Shown here one piece after another: positions 1 to 10,135 of a stretch of DNA of 59,605 nt; the stretch's first letter is position 1; each line of letters starts with the position of its first letter. The stretch covers positions 739,183 to 798,787 of the forward strand of contig JBAZNP010000001.1 of NCBI GenBank assembly GCA_041649155.1, read 5' to 3'. Made by a program: the position numbers and the translations under genes. The DNA comes from Patescibacteria group bacterium (GTDB taxonomy: Bacteria; Patescibacteriota; UBA1384; XYA2-FULL-43-10; 1-14-0-10-43-13). The notes under the pieces are model-generated. The model did not search any database and was not told the DNA's origin. It saw only the letters and a program-made list of their open reading frames with translations.

Positions 1-18
1 TCAAGAAGCAAGAACATG

Positions 19-56
19 AAAAAAGAACCATGATTTTAAACCATGGTTCTTTTTTT
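19..56. terminator. Bidirectional intrinsic terminator downstream of ftsZ
   Basis: 14-bp inverted repeat AAAAAAGAACCATG / CATGGTTCTTTTTT with A/T tracts on both sides. Confidence 0.75.
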
Positions 57-87
57 GAGAATATAAAACTGACAACTGATTTACTTA

Positions 88-119
88 TCCCGCTTTCTGC
101 GGGACCCCGCCAAAGGCGG
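88..119. repeat. Twin GC-rich hairpins (REP-like) after ftsZ stop
   Basis: TCCCGC-tttct-GCGGGA followed by CCGCC-aaa-GGCGG. Confidence 0.45.
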
Positions 120-129
120 TGGCAACTTA

Positions 130-1266
130 CTACTTGAGTTTACGTCTAATGAATGCTGGTACTTCGAGTTCGTCTTCATCTTCGGGCATTTCTTGTTTTG
201 GATTCATTGTGATCACTTCAGGTTCGCTTCTCCGAAGCATTTGCGAGCTTGGAATTTCTTTGGGGCGGGTTTCCTGAACCATGAAGTTTTTCTTGGTCAT
301 TCTGTTTTGTTCTGATTCAAAGCCAGTTGCGATGACAGTAATTTTAACTTCTCCTTGCATTGCTTCATCGATGATTGCACCAAATATAATATTTGCATCT
401 GCATCAGCTGCTTCAGTTATGGCTTTGGCTGCTTCATCAATTTCATACATGCCCAAATCTGGTCCGCCGGTAATATTAAATAGAATACCTTTTGCACCGT
501 CGATTGAAAGCTCAAGGAGTGGAGAGTCAATAGCAGCTCGGGCTGCTTCAATCGCTCTGTTGTCCCCTGTTCCGTGGCCAATGCCCATAAGAGCGCTACC
601 AGCATCTGACATTATTGCTTTTACATCAGCAAAGTCAACGTTGATAATACCATGGTATACAATTAAATCAGCAATACCCTGAACACCCTGTCTTAGAACG
701 TCATCAACTACTCCGAAAGCATCAAACAATGAGGTTTTTTTATCAATAACCTGCAGTAAGCGATCATTTGGAATAGTGATCAGTGTATCAACGCGATCTT
801 TCATTTCGGCGATACCAAGCTCTGCAATCTTCTTTCTTCTTTGTCCTTCAAATGAAAAAGGCTTGGTTACAACACCAACGGTCAAGGCTCCAAGCTCTTT
901 AGCAATATCGGCTACAAAGGGGGCAGCTCCGGTCCCTGTACCACCGCCCATACCGCAGGTGACAAAAACCATATCTGAACCCTTGAGCGCTTCATATACT
1001 TCTTCCTTGTTTTCTTCAACGGATTTGCGACCAATTTCTGGATCAGCTCCGGCTCCCAAGCCGCGGGTAGTTTCTTTACCAATTTGTATTTTTATAGGAG
1101 CTTCGTTGAATGCCAAAGCCTGAGCATCTGTGTTGATTGAAATAAAATCAACACCTCGAAGCTTCGAATTTATCATCCTTGTTACAGCGCTGCCGCCAGA
1201 TCCACCAACTCCAATAACTCTGATTACTGCGAAATTTTCAAGCTCTGATCCTTTTTTCTCTACCAT
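130..1266 (-). CDS. ftsZ: Cell division GTPase FtsZ
   Basis: Tubulin signature [32 protein letters not shown]-terminal [10 protein letters not shown]. Confidence 0.99.
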   Translation of the reverse strand: MVEKKGSELENFAVIRVIGVGGSGGSAVTRMINSKLRGVDFISINTDAQALAFNEAPIKIQIGKETTRGLGAGADPEIGRKSVEENKEEVYEALKGSDMVFVTCGMGGGTGTGAAPFVADIAKELGALTVGVVTKPFSFEGQRRKKIAELGIAEMKDRVDTLITIPNDRLLQVIDKKTSLFDAFGVVDDVLRQGVQGIADLIVYHGIINVDFADVKAIMSDAGSALMGIGHGTGDNRAIEAARAAIDSPLLELSIDGAKGILFNITGGPDLGMYEIDEAAKAITEAADADANIIFGAIIDEAMQGEVKITVIATGFESEQNRMTKKNFMVQETRPKEIPSSQMLRRSEPEVITMNPKQEMPEDEDELEVPAFIRRKLK

Positions 1267-1342
1267 TCTAGTTCCTTGTTTTAGAAAGTTGACTTGTTAA
1301 TCGGTTGATTCGTTGACTAATCACAAGTTAACGAAATAATAT

Positions 1343-2578
1343 TTAGGGAAGAAAATTTTTAAAAGCAGATCTAACTTTACCTAGTATGCCATTTAAATTC
1401 TTAACATCAAAATCAAAGGAATTCCCTCCTCCAATTTTATCTTTACCCCATAACATTAAGCCTATACTGGTAGAATATACGGGATCATCGGTCTTGTCAA
1501 CTAGTCCGGAAATTTCCATTATCGGTTTTCCAATTTGGGCTGGCAGACACATCGTTGACTTTGCTAATTCAACAACTCCATCGATCTTTGTTCCTCCACC
1601 GGTAAGTACAATACCTGCCGGCAAAGTGCCATCCCGACCAATTTTACTCAAGTCGTTTTTTATAAGTGAGAATATTTCGTTCAGTCTAGCTTCAATTATC
1701 TCTGAAACATATTTAACATTTGCTATGCCTTCTTCATTTTTGTCTAGCTTGTTAAGAGCAATTTCGTCTTTTTCAGCCACTTTATCGGGAATAGCATATC
1801 CATATTTAACTTTTATCATTTCAGCAATATCGATGTTGGTGCGCAATCCGATCGCGATATCATTTGTTATGTGAGTAGAACCGATTGGGACAACGCCGCA
1901 GTGGATTAAGTCTCCTTCTTCATAGACGGCAAAAGAAGTAGTGGAAGCGCCAAGATCTATCAAAGCTACGCCAATGTCCATTTGGCGTTTGGAAAGCAGA
2001 ACCTTAGTAGTGGCGATCGGAGAAAATACAATTTCTTCAATATGCAAACCGGCTTGATCAATTGAGCGGGTCAGAGACTTTAAAGCATTGGTTGAAGTGG
2101 AGATGATATTAGCATCAACTTCCAGCCTTATTCCAGTCATTCCTGTCGGGTCTTTTATCGCTTCCTGCCCGTCAATAATAAATGTCTTAGGTATAACATG
2201 GAGAACTTCCCTGTTGGGCTTGTTTGGGATTGCCTTCGCTGCATCAATAGCTCTTTTTGCGTCTTCATCGGTGATCTCACCATCAGTTCTAGTAACCGCA
2301 ATAACGCCCTTGCTTTCTTCGGATTCAATATGCGGACCGGAGATACCGATGACCGCACTTTGCAGCGGGAAACCTGCCATTCGTTCAGCTTCTTCTAAGG
2401 AGGAAGATATGGCAGACACAGTTTCTTCTATATCAACAATAACGCCTTTTCTTACTCCTTGGTTATTGCTTTTGCCTAGTCCGATTATGTCGACTGTTCC
2501 ATTCTCAAACTTGCCGACACAGGTAATAATTTTTGTGCTGCCAACGTCTATGCCGACCGAAATGTTATTTTGTGACAC
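1343..2578 (-). CDS. ftsA: Cell division protein FtsA (start corrected to GTG 2578)
   Basis: GIDVGSTKI, LIDLGASTT, VLTGGG actin-fold motifs; adjacent to ftsZ; GGAGG three bases before GTG. Confidence 0.97.
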   Translation of the reverse strand: MSQNNISVGIDVGSTKIITCVGKFENGTVDIIGLGKSNNQGVRKGVIVDIEETVSAISSSLEEAERMAGFPLQSAVIGISGPHIESEESKGVIAVTRTDGEITDEDAKRAIDAAKAIPNKPNREVLHVIPKTFIIDGQEAIKDPTGMTGIRLEVDANIISTSTNALKSLTRSIDQAGLHIEEIVFSPIATTKVLLSKRQMDIGVALIDLGASTTSFAVYEEGDLIHCGVVPIGSTHITNDIAIGLRTNIDIAEMIKVKYGYAIPDKVAEKDEIALNKLDKNEEGIANVKYVSEIIEARLNEIFSLIKNDLSKIGRDGTLPAGIVLTGGGTKIDGVVELAKSTMCLPAQIGKPIMEISGLVDKTDDPVYSTSIGLMLWGKDKIGGGNSFDFDVKNLNGILGKVRSAFKNFLP

Positions 2579-2599
2579 AAGCCCTCCAAAAAAGTAGTT

Positions 2600-2653
2600 C
2601 CGCATTCCGCTTTGCGGAAGCAGGGATGCCTGCTTCGGCTTTGCCGGATGCGG
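2600..2653. repeat. GC-rich multibranch palindromic element upstream of ftsA RBS
   Basis: CCGCAT/ATGCGG closing stem around TTCCGC-ttt-GCGGAA, GCAGG-gatg-CCTGC and CGGC-ttt-GCCG hairpins. Confidence 0.55.
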
Positions 2654-2759
2654 CATAAGTAAATTAACTAAATCAGTAAATCAAAAATAATATATTACAG
2701 CTGATTCACCAATAACTCGTATTTTTATTTTAATATAAAGAAGCCTTAGTTGCAAATAA

Positions 2760-3143
2760 TTAAAAGTTGAATAGCGTTCTGATGTAAGGCAGAAAAATGG
2801 CCAAAGCTACCACAGAAGCAATTACGGCTGATATTAAAACTGCACCGGCCATTGCGTCTTTGACCCCTTTAATAACGGCATGGCTTTCCGGATGCAATAG
2901 ATCAAATGTTTTTTCTATGGCCGTGTTTATAATTTCAATTGCAAAAACCAAAATAACAGCCATAAAGAGGATGGCGGCTTCAAGGCGGGTTACTTCTAAT
3001 ATATATGCCAGTGTGCCTACAAGAATAGTTATTACAGCATGAACTCTTGCATTTTGTTCTGATGTTAGAAGGAAAATAACTCCGTCAACAGCATGCCTGA
3101 AACTCTTGAAAAACTTTTTAAGGTCAAATGGATCATACGTCAT
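2760..3143 (-). CDS. dgkA: Prokaryotic diacylglycerol/undecaprenol kinase family protein
   Basis: SFRHAVDG, EQNARVH, EIINTAIE, KDAMAGAV; hydrophobic; next to ybeY. Confidence 0.9.
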   Translation of the reverse strand: MTYDPFDLKKFFKSFRHAVDGVIFLLTSEQNARVHAVITILVGTLAYILEVTRLEAAILFMAVILVFAIEIINTAIEKTFDLLHPESHAVIKGVKDAMAGAVLISAVIASVVALAIFLPYIRTLFNF

Positions 3144-3154
3144 CTTTCTCCTTT

Positions 3155-3553
3155 TTAAAAGTTACAGTCAATTTTCTCTGCCGCTTTGAGCCAAACGGCT
3201 TCATCTGCTTCATGATCATATCCGCAAAGATGCAGAATTCCGTGTTTAATTAATTCTTCGATTGGTTCTTCTCTTTCGTCTGCGATCTTAGGACAGATCA
3301 CAACGCTACCTAGAATATTTATCTCATTTGATTTAAAAAAAGTTTGAGGAAACGACAAGACATCTGTAGCTTTGTCGATATGTCTGTGCTTATTATTTAA
3401 TTTTTTAATTTCATCTTCGTCAACGAAAATGATTTCCATTTCCAGATTATTTTTTGCATTTAATCTAGAAAGTGCCTCAGAGGCAATGGCCTTTATCTGG
3501 TCTTCTCCTAAAACATCATAATCTGTTTTACGTATAATAACGATATTTGTCAT
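3155..3553 (-). CDS. ybeY: rRNA maturation endoribonuclease YbeY
   Basis: DKATDVLSFP and HGILHLCGYDH metal-binding motif. Confidence 0.95.
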   Translation of the reverse strand: MTNIVIIRKTDYDVLGEDQIKAIASEALSRLNAKNNLEMEIIFVDEDEIKKLNNKHRHIDKATDVLSFPQTFFKSNEINILGSVVICPKIADEREEPIEELIKHGILHLCGYDHEADEAVWLKAAEKIDCNF

Positions 3554-4467
3554 TTTTTCTTGTACTCAATTCTTTGGTGATAGATTGATCGCAGATTTTC
3601 TTTTAAGCTGCTACCAATTATGGCAAGCTCTTTGCTTGATAGGTTGCAGCTTTTGAACTGCTTTTCGTTTAAACGCTCGTCGATTGAGCTGTCGACAATA
3701 TTGTCGATTTGGTCCGATGTAAGATTGACTACTGATCTTGTCGCTGCTTCCACGCAATCAGACAACATTAAAATGGCGGACTCCTTAGTCTGAGGAACTG
3801 GTCCTGGGTATTTAAAATCAGTTCTTTTAATTCTTAGTCCTCTTTCTTTAGCTTGACCATAAAAATACAGAGCTTTTGTTGTACCATGATGTTCTGATAT
3901 TATGTCGATCACGTTTTCTGGCAAGTTGTACAATCTGGCTATATGAATGCCATTTTCAACATGAGAAATAATTGAATTAGCATTTTTTTTGATAGATTCA
4001 GCGTCATCAGCTGTCGGAATTTGTACTCCTGATTGGTTTTCAACGTAAAGAGTAGGGTTTTCCAGCTTACCAATGTCATGATAATAAGCAGCCGTCCGGA
4101 CTAGTAAGGAGTCAGCGCTAATGGCTTTCGCTGCTTTTTGTGCTAATGTCGACACATTTAAAGAATGATGATATGTGCCGGGAGCCTCGCTTGAGAGTCT
4201 CATTATCAGGGGATTGGAAAGATTCTCTATGCGGAGCATTTTACGCAATGTCATCATTGCATCAGAAAGCACCGGATTAAATACAGAAATGCCAATAGTT
4301 AAAATTACTCCAATTATTGCCGCTGAACACAAAAAAATCAATATTTTACCTGATATTGATGGTTCCAAGAGAGTAATTAAGTAGTCAGTAATTAAAAAAA
4401 CTACAAATGCTAATAGCGCTATTACTGCGGACAAATAGTACATGTATTTTGTAGATAATTTTCTCAT
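3550..4467 (-). CDS. Membrane-anchored HDIG-domain phosphohydrolase (short PgpH/YqfF-like)
   Basis: Two N-terminal hydrophobic segments; EAPGTYHHS, AYYHDIGK, EHHGT, DCVEAATRS. Confidence 0.85.
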   Translation of the reverse strand: MRKLSTKYMYYLSAVIALLAFVVFLITDYLITLLEPSISGKILIFLCSAAIIGVILTIGISVFNPVLSDAMMTLRKMLRIENLSNPLIMRLSSEAPGTYHHSLNVSTLAQKAAKAISADSLLVRTAAYYHDIGKLENPTLYVENQSGVQIPTADDAESIKKNANSIISHVENGIHIARLYNLPENVIDIISEHHGTTKALYFYGQAKERGLRIKRTDFKYPGPVPQTKESAILMLSDCVEAATRSVVNLTSDQIDNIVDSSIDERLNEKQFKSCNLSSKELAIIGSSLKENLRSIYHQRIEYKKK

Positions 4468-4476
4468 TTTTTATTT

Positions 4477-4920
4477 TTATTGCAGGATTTCTCTGACAAT
4501 TTTTGAGACCAAGCTACCATCCACGGAATTTCCGTGCTTTGCCATTACTGCGCCAATCAGCTTGCCCATTTGCGAAACATCAGATATACCAAGCTCATCT
4601 TTTGTAGCTAGAACAATATCTCTAATATCATCTTCGCTGAGTTGTTCCGGCAGATAAGAATTGATTATCAATAACTCAGATTCTTCTTTTTCTGCGGCCT
4701 CTAGCTTGTCAGCCTTTTTAAATTCTTCGATAGAATCTTTTCTTTGTTTGGCTTCATGCTTCAATACAGCCACAGCTTCGTCTTCGGATAGCTCTTTTTT
4801 TTTGCTGATTTCTTCGTTTTTTAGTGCACTTTTAACCAGCCTTAACACGGAAATTTTTAGTTCTTCCCTACTTTTATAAGCATCAATGAAATCACGTTCA
4901 ATCTGTTCTTTGAGAGTCAT
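4477..4920 (-). CDS. yqeY: GatB/YqeY domain protein
   Basis: LRLVKSALKN, KQRKDSIEEF, YLPEQLSED, MGKLIG; position after rpsU. Confidence 0.93.
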   Translation of the reverse strand: MTLKEQIERDFIDAYKSREELKISVLRLVKSALKNEEISKKKELSEDEAVAVLKHEAKQRKDSIEEFKKADKLEAAEKEESELLIINSYLPEQLSEDDIRDIVLATKDELGISDVSQMGKLIGAVMAKHGNSVDGSLVSKIVREILQ

Positions 4921-5020
4921 TTTAACTCCAATAAACTATAATATTTAACAAATATTTTTCATTTATCATTTAATGAAAATAGAGAATTGATAAATGAGAG
5001 TAAAATAGCCAACTAATTCA

Positions 5021-5215
5021 CTAGTATCCGCGTTTTAGTTTACGAATAACGTTTTTTCTTATAGAAGATTTTCTTCTCTGAGAGCGATTAATTTCTTTTT
5101 CAAAAAATCGTTTGTTTTTGGCAATAGTTAAGATACCGCTTTGCTGAACTTCGCGATTAAATCTTCTAAGAAGAATTTCAAATTTTTCTTCGCCTTTTCT
5201 CTTAACTTCGATCAA
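5021..5215 (-). CDS. rpsU: 30S ribosomal protein S21 (start corrected to TTG 5215)
   Basis: EKFEILLRRFNREVQQSGIL...KRFFEK; basic; purine-rich RBS before TTG. Confidence 0.9.
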   Translation of the reverse strand: MIEVKRKGEEKFEILLRRFNREVQQSGILTIAKNKRFFEKEINRSQRRKSSIRKNVIRKLKRGY

Positions 5216-5321
5216 GTAAATCACCACCTTCCGATGTCTTTGAAACAGATTATTTATTATACATATATTTATATCAAGTTTTAAGGTTTTTTGCAATATA
5301 AGACCATTTTTTGATGTATGT

Positions 5322-5657
5322 TTAAATAATGTCTCCGAGCGGGTCGTCTCCCAGAATATGCAAATGAATATGAGGGACTTCCTGCCCGCCTTTTTTCCCT
5401 ACATTCATAATTAGCCTGTAACCTTCTTTTAATCCGTTTTCATGTGCGATTTTTCGGGCCGTCAGAAGCATATCTCCTAGCAACTTATTATCTCTGTCTC
5501 TTGTTTGATCGAGAGAGGAAAAGTGTTCTTTGGTTACCAGCAAAATGTGAACCTTTGCTTTTGGGTAAATGTCATCAAAAGCTAAGAATTTATCATCTTC
5601 AAAGCGAACTTTTGCAGGTATTTCTTTGTTGATGATTTTACAAAAAATACAGGCCAT
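5322..5657 (-). CDS. Histidine triad (HIT) nucleotide-binding protein
   Basis: CIFCKII, AFDDIYP, GQEVPHIHLH. Confidence 0.95.
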   Translation of the reverse strand: MACIFCKIINKEIPAKVRFEDDKFLAFDDIYPKAKVHILLVTKEHFSSLDQTRDRDNKLLGDMLLTARKIAHENGLKEGYRLIMNVGKKGGQEVPHIHLHILGDDPLGDII

Positions 5658-5755
5658 AATTCCTCCGGAATTTAATTTATAATTTTCAATTTAAAATTTT
5701 TAATCAATTTTTAATTATTAATTCTAAAAATTAGAAACTAGAAATTGAATGGAAA

Positions 5756-6277
5756 TTAAAAATTAGGATTTAGAAATTTGAGTAAATTAAGTTTAGCATA
5801 TTTTTTTCTAACAATTATTCGCCTTTTAGGTAGTCCAATAATTGTGGGCCAGCTTTCCTTTAGCCAGGCCTTTTGCTTCTTTACTTCCTCTCCAAATCCC
5901 CTTTTGTAGAGTTCTTTATCGATTACTTTACCTTGATGAGGGTTTTTGTAGAGTTGAGGGTGAGATGAGCAAAAGCCGTGAGCGTAATGACATAATTCAT
6001 GAGCTATGACCAAATCTACCACGTATTCAGGTACAATTTCATCTATAAAATATCCAGTGATGGTAACGATTGAGGGTTCATGGTTAATAGACGATCGAAT
6101 ATTCTTATCAGATCCATTGACTATAAACCTTTTTCCATTAACCTGCCGAATGCTGCCCAAGCGTGTTCTGGCTCTTTTCCCAAACTGAATTAAAATAGGA
6201 TTTTTCTTCTCAATATCAAAAAAATGTCTATTCCAAATTAAATCAAGCCTGTTTTCAAGCCATTGGTTGTTTCTCAT
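5756..6277 (-). CDS. SprT-like HExxH zinc metalloprotein (start corrected to 6277)
   Basis: RARTRLGS and IAHELCHYAH motifs; TATAAT 6 nt before ATG. Confidence 0.65.
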   Translation of the reverse strand: MRNNQWLENRLDLIWNRHFFDIEKKNPILIQFGKRARTRLGSIRQVNGKRFIVNGSDKNIRSSINHEPSIVTITGYFIDEIVPEYVVDLVIAHELCHYAHGFCSSHPQLYKNPHQGKVIDKELYKRGFGEEVKKQKAWLKESWPTIIGLPKRRIIVRKKYAKLNLLKFLNPNF

Positions 6278-6398
6278 GGGCCTATTATACATCTTTCCAG
6301 CTTTTACAAACAAATACTGCCTTTTCGGCTTGACATCTTTGTTTGTTCAGGTATACTCACTTCTTGTCTGAGTATAAAGCCGATCGAGCGCTTTGCTA

Positions 6399-6427
6399 TT
6401 GACAAATTAACACTAGTGTGCTATATT
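6399..6427 (+). promoter_or_regulatory. Sigma70-type promoter for lytic transglycosylase gene
   Basis: TTGACA-17 bp-TATATT; a second TTGACA-16 bp-TATACT at 6330-6357. Confidence 0.65.
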
Positions 6428-6554
6428 AGGAGGGTTCTTTCGAGAAATCGTAAGAACTTTTTAATTAATATGAGTATCTGGAATAAGGCTTCGCAATTCT
6501 GAATTTTTACCCCGATTTCCATCGGGGCTCCCAGTCGAATATCCAGATGAATAT

Positions 6555-7307
6555 ATGACTCTCAATTTCGAGAGAATTTCTGTTCTTAAGACCAAAATTT
6601 GGTCAAAAACCAAAAATTTAATAATTGACTTCAATGTCCATCGAATGGCCTCGTTCCTGTTACTTTCAGTGATGTTACCTATGGTTTATACACCTGGTGC
6701 TTCAGTGAAAGTTGAAGCGGATAGCGAGGAAGTCAGTTCAAATAGCTTAAAATTATCTCTTAATTCACCCTCAGTTGTTTTAGCTTCAGATTCAATTTCT
6801 GAAATAAAGCCCGGTGAATCAAAAGTTGAGCGTGAAGCTCGTGAAGCTAAAGAAAAAGCTGAAGCAGAAGCGAAAGCTGCTGCTGAGGCCAAAGCTAAGG
6901 CTTCAAGGACTGTTGTGGCTCGTGAAAATCGAGTTTACAGTGATCCTTCAAACTTTGATGAGATATATGTTCGTGCTCAAAATGCTTATGGCGTTGACGC
7001 CCGAATTTTAAGCGCAATTCACCAAGTTGAAACTGGTCGTTCAGGTTCAAGTACTATCACTAATCACAGTGGTAGTGGTGCTACCGGTCCTATGCAGTTT
7101 ATGCCTTCAACTTGGAGAAGATATGGTGTTGACGGTAACGGAGACGGTATCGCTGACATTAATAATGTCGAAGATGCTATCTTCTCAGCTGCCAAATACC
7201 TGAAGGCCTGTGGTTATCCAAATGTCCAAAAGGCATTATACGGATATAACCCTTCAACGGCTTATTACAATAAAGTTATGAATATTGCTCATTCGTTAGG
7301 TTTCTAA
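6555..7307 (+). CDS. Lytic transglycosylase (SLT domain) with N-terminal anchor and Ala/Lys/Glu coiled coil
   Basis: AIHQVET catalytic Glu, GATGPMQFMPSTW, DGNGDG, DAIFSAAKYL, YGYN. Confidence 0.88.
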   Translation: MTLNFERISVLKTKIWSKTKNLIIDFNVHRMASFLLLSVMLPMVYTPGASVKVEADSEEVSSNSLKLSLNSPSVVLASDSISEIKPGESKVEREAREAKEKAEAEAKAAAEAKAKASRTVVARENRVYSDPSNFDEIYVRAQNAYGVDARILSAIHQVETGRSGSSTITNHSGSGATGPMQFMPSTWRRYGVDGNGDGIADINNVEDAIFSAAKYLKACGYPNVQKALYGYNPSTAYYNKVMNIAHSLGF

Positions 7308-7325
7308 CCTGAGCAACTATTAAAG

Positions 7326-7366
7326 AAAAAAGCCCTTCGACTCCTAGAGTCGCTCAGGGCTTTTTT
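7326..7366. terminator. Bidirectional terminator between convergent SLT gene and eno
   Basis: AAAAAAGCCCT...AGGGCTTTTTT enclosing a CGACTC/GAGTCG-type hairpin. Confidence 0.7.
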
Positions 7367-7434
7367 CGTATTCATTCTGATGTTAGAAATTAATAATTAG
7401 GAATTAGAAATTCTCTAAATTCCCTTTAAGGAAC

Positions 7435-8745
7435 TTAGAGCTGTCCCATTCCTTCATTTCCTGCGGTGTCCCAAGTAGCAAATTTAGCTCTGCTTCCCAG
7501 TTTTTCTTCAATTTCAAGTATTCTGTTATACTTCGCTGTCCTTTCTGATCTGCAGGGAGCTCCGGACTTAATTGTGCCGCATCCGGTTGCGATAGATAGG
7601 TCTGCAATAAAGTCGTCTTCAGTCTCCCCTGATCGATGAGAGATCACTATCTTGAAGCCGGCTTTTTCAGCTATTTTAATCGTTTCCAGCGTTTCCGAAA
7701 GAGTGCCAATTTGATTTGGTTTGATCAGAATGCCAGTGGAAGACTTGTACTGAATTCCCTTCTTCAATAAATCTTTATTTGTAGCATAGAGATCATCGCC
7801 TATCAACTCAACTTTATCTCCAATGCGCTGGGTTAAGTCACGCCAGCCATTCCAGTCGCTTTCGCTCAATCCATCTTCAATCGAGATTATAGGATATTTT
7901 TCGGTCCAGTTCTCATAAAAATCAATCATTTGCCCTGTTGTCAGGGACTGATTTTCCCTATGGAGTTGGTAAATCTCTTCAGAGAAAAACCTGCTAGCGG
8001 CGGGATCAAGAGCAATAAAAACATTTTCTCCGGCAGCGTAATTAGCATTTTTAATAGCCATCATTAAAAGTTCCATTGCCTGTTCGTTTGAAAATAACGA
8101 TGGAGCATATCCTCCTTCATCACCAACCAGCGGCTGATAATTTCTCTCCTCCAATATCTTGGCCAGACTGTGATAAATTTCAGCTCCAACACGCAAAGCT
8201 TCTTTAAAACTATTAAATTTGACCGGAACAATCATGAATTCCTGAAAGTCAGTGGAACCAATAGCATGTTTGCCGCCATTTAGAATATTTAAAAAAGGTA
8301 TAGGCATCGTGTAGCTGTCATTTTTCTTGCCCAATAATTGTCCTATGTACTGATAGAGCGGCATTTTAGAGCTTTTCGAAGCGGCTTTGGCCACAGCAAG
8401 AGAGACTGAAAGGATTGAATTGGCTCCGAGATGGGATTTATTTGGAGTATTATCAAGCTCGATCATGCGTCGGTCAACACTGTATAAATCCAATGCATCC
8501 ATACCGACAATTGCCTCTTTTATTGTGGTATTTACGTTTGAGACAGCCTTTAGCACGCCTTTACCCTCATACCGGTTAAGATCACCATCTCTTAATTCAA
8601 GTGCCTCATTTGTGCCTGTTGAGGCTCCGGAAGGCACAAAACCAAGAGAGTGAACTCCGGTATCCAGCTCAATTTCGCAGGCAATTGTTGGATTGCCACG
8701 AGAGTCAAGTACTTCCCGAGCGTATACATTTTTTATTATTGCCAT
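7435..8745 (-). CDS. eno: Enolase
   Basis: LDSRGNPT, VPSGASTG, GDEGGYAP, IKPNQIGT, SHRSGETED, RSERTAKYN. Confidence 0.99.
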   Translation of the reverse strand: MAIIKNVYAREVLDSRGNPTIACEIELDTGVHSLGFVPSGASTGTNEALELRDGDLNRYEGKGVLKAVSNVNTTIKEAIVGMDALDLYSVDRRMIELDNTPNKSHLGANSILSVSLAVAKAASKSSKMPLYQYIGQLLGKKNDSYTMPIPFLNILNGGKHAIGSTDFQEFMIVPVKFNSFKEALRVGAEIYHSLAKILEERNYQPLVGDEGGYAPSLFSNEQAMELLMMAIKNANYAAGENVFIALDPAASRFFSEEIYQLHRENQSLTTGQMIDFYENWTEKYPIISIEDGLSESDWNGWRDLTQRIGDKVELIGDDLYATNKDLLKKGIQYKSSTGILIKPNQIGTLSETLETIKIAEKAGFKIVISHRSGETEDDFIADLSIATGCGTIKSGAPCRSERTAKYNRILEIEEKLGSRAKFATWDTAGNEGMGQL

Positions 8746-8841
8746 ATTTCCCCTCCGATATAGTTGTTAATCTTTAGCCTTAATATTCAATCATCTACTT
8801 AATCATGTCATGCTGAACGGTTACTTTGAATTTAATAATAT

Positions 8842-10011
8842 TTACTGGACGCTAACATTGCCTTCCGGTGGGATGACACATATCCAGAATTGTCCCCGAT
8901 TAAAGACAATTTCATTGCCTGCTTCGTCGTAAAAAAGCTCTCTATCTGCGGCGGAGTCTTTTTTCCATGTTCCTTTGATCTCTTTACCGTCAATGAATAT
9001 TTCTGCTGTTCCTGATCCAATTGTGGTCATGGTGTACCCAGCTTCATTAATCCTTGTTGTAGTAGGCTGACGTTTAACTGTCATTACAATCACATTCTTA
9101 GGATTAAGCTGATTTTTGCTCATTTTATCAATATGCGGACTTCCTGCCAACGATCTTTTGTATGAATTTGTTGCCTTATCGTAATCGAAAGCAACATTAA
9201 ATTGTGCGCTTGAAAAAACCACTGAAACTTTTTGTTTCTCTGGGATATTGGCTTTTTCGGTGTCAGTTGGATCATCTTTAAACTTTAAAATATTAAAATT
9301 ATTGGCAGTTGGATAGTTGTTGCTTTTAGCCTGTTCGCGCAATTTTAGCGTTGATGTATACATAGTGTGCTCAGTAGCCAAACCTGCACTTTGTTCTCTC
9401 CAATATGAACCTGAGTATCTAAATTGATCTAAGTCTAAAATCTTATCTTTTGGAATTTTATCAAGCGCATCCATGTTACCACCTACATGGGCAAAGAACG
9501 CATTATAGCCATGAGCCCAATCAACAAAATAGGTTCTGGCTGAACGGACAGGCCCGACTTTTTCTGCCTCATTTGTTCCGAAAATAGCTAGAAAACGGGT
9601 AATTCCTCCCTCAGCAATTGCTTCGTAAACTATGCTAGCCTTGCTAAGTCCTGACTGAGGCCTGGCATCAGGATGGTTTTCCACAATAACACCTAATGGA
9701 TGGCGGTTAGCTGACTCCTGATCGGTCATTACGCCGTCCAGAATTGCAGAATAAAGCGTTTCGCTGACTTTGCTATCGTCGGTTTTAATATCTTCGTTTT
9801 TTGAGGTTGTTGTTTTTTCATGTGATTGTATGTATAGCCCTGTTCCAACTGCGGCAATAATAACCGCCCCAACGCTTATGATAAAAATCAGGCGTTTCTT
9901 TGGATTAGCAAAAAAATCCTGAACTTTCTGTCTAATCCTTTCGATTTTTTGTTTCAGTCCCCTTTTTGGTTTGTTCTGACCTTCTTCTTCGTTTAGTTCA
10001 ATGTCCGACAT
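8842..10011 (-). CDS. DUF3048 family membrane-anchored protein
   Basis: Single TM; VENHPDARPQSGL, YEAIAEGGITRF, GPVRSAR, HVGG. Confidence 0.85.
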   Translation of the reverse strand: MSDIELNEEEGQNKPKRGLKQKIERIRQKVQDFFANPKKRLIFIISVGAVIIAAVGTGLYIQSHEKTTTSKNEDIKTDDSKVSETLYSAILDGVMTDQESANRHPLGVIVENHPDARPQSGLSKASIVYEAIAEGGITRFLAIFGTNEAEKVGPVRSARTYFVDWAHGYNAFFAHVGGNMDALDKIPKDKILDLDQFRYSGSYWREQSAGLATEHTMYTSTLKLREQAKSNNYPTANNFNILKFKDDPTDTEKANIPEKQKVSVVFSSAQFNVAFDYDKATNSYKRSLAGSPHIDKMSKNQLNPKNVIVMTVKRQPTTTRINEAGYTMTTIGSGTAEIFIDGKEIKGTWKKDSAADRELFYDEAGNEIVFNRGQFWICVIPPEGNVSVQ

Positions 10012-10135
10012 CGAAACCCTCCGTTATTTTGGTTAATTTGTTTGAATTACAAAATTCTTTTATGAGCATATTATTTTTGCTTCGGTCTCCCTAACCAGCC
10101 TATTCGCTCGCTCAATAGCAATATAAATATTAATT

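Noticed and set aside
281-2597. Plus-strand ORFs over ftsZ/ftsA (281-682, 776-1123, 1386-1874, 2088-2597) and similar shadow ORFs throughout
   Set aside because: Antisense to well-supported genes, with no RBS or motifs.
6428-6554. c-di-AMP (ydaO) riboswitch
   Set aside because: The conserved GCTGAA, GGGGGACCC and CCCGTCAGC-type elements are not visible.
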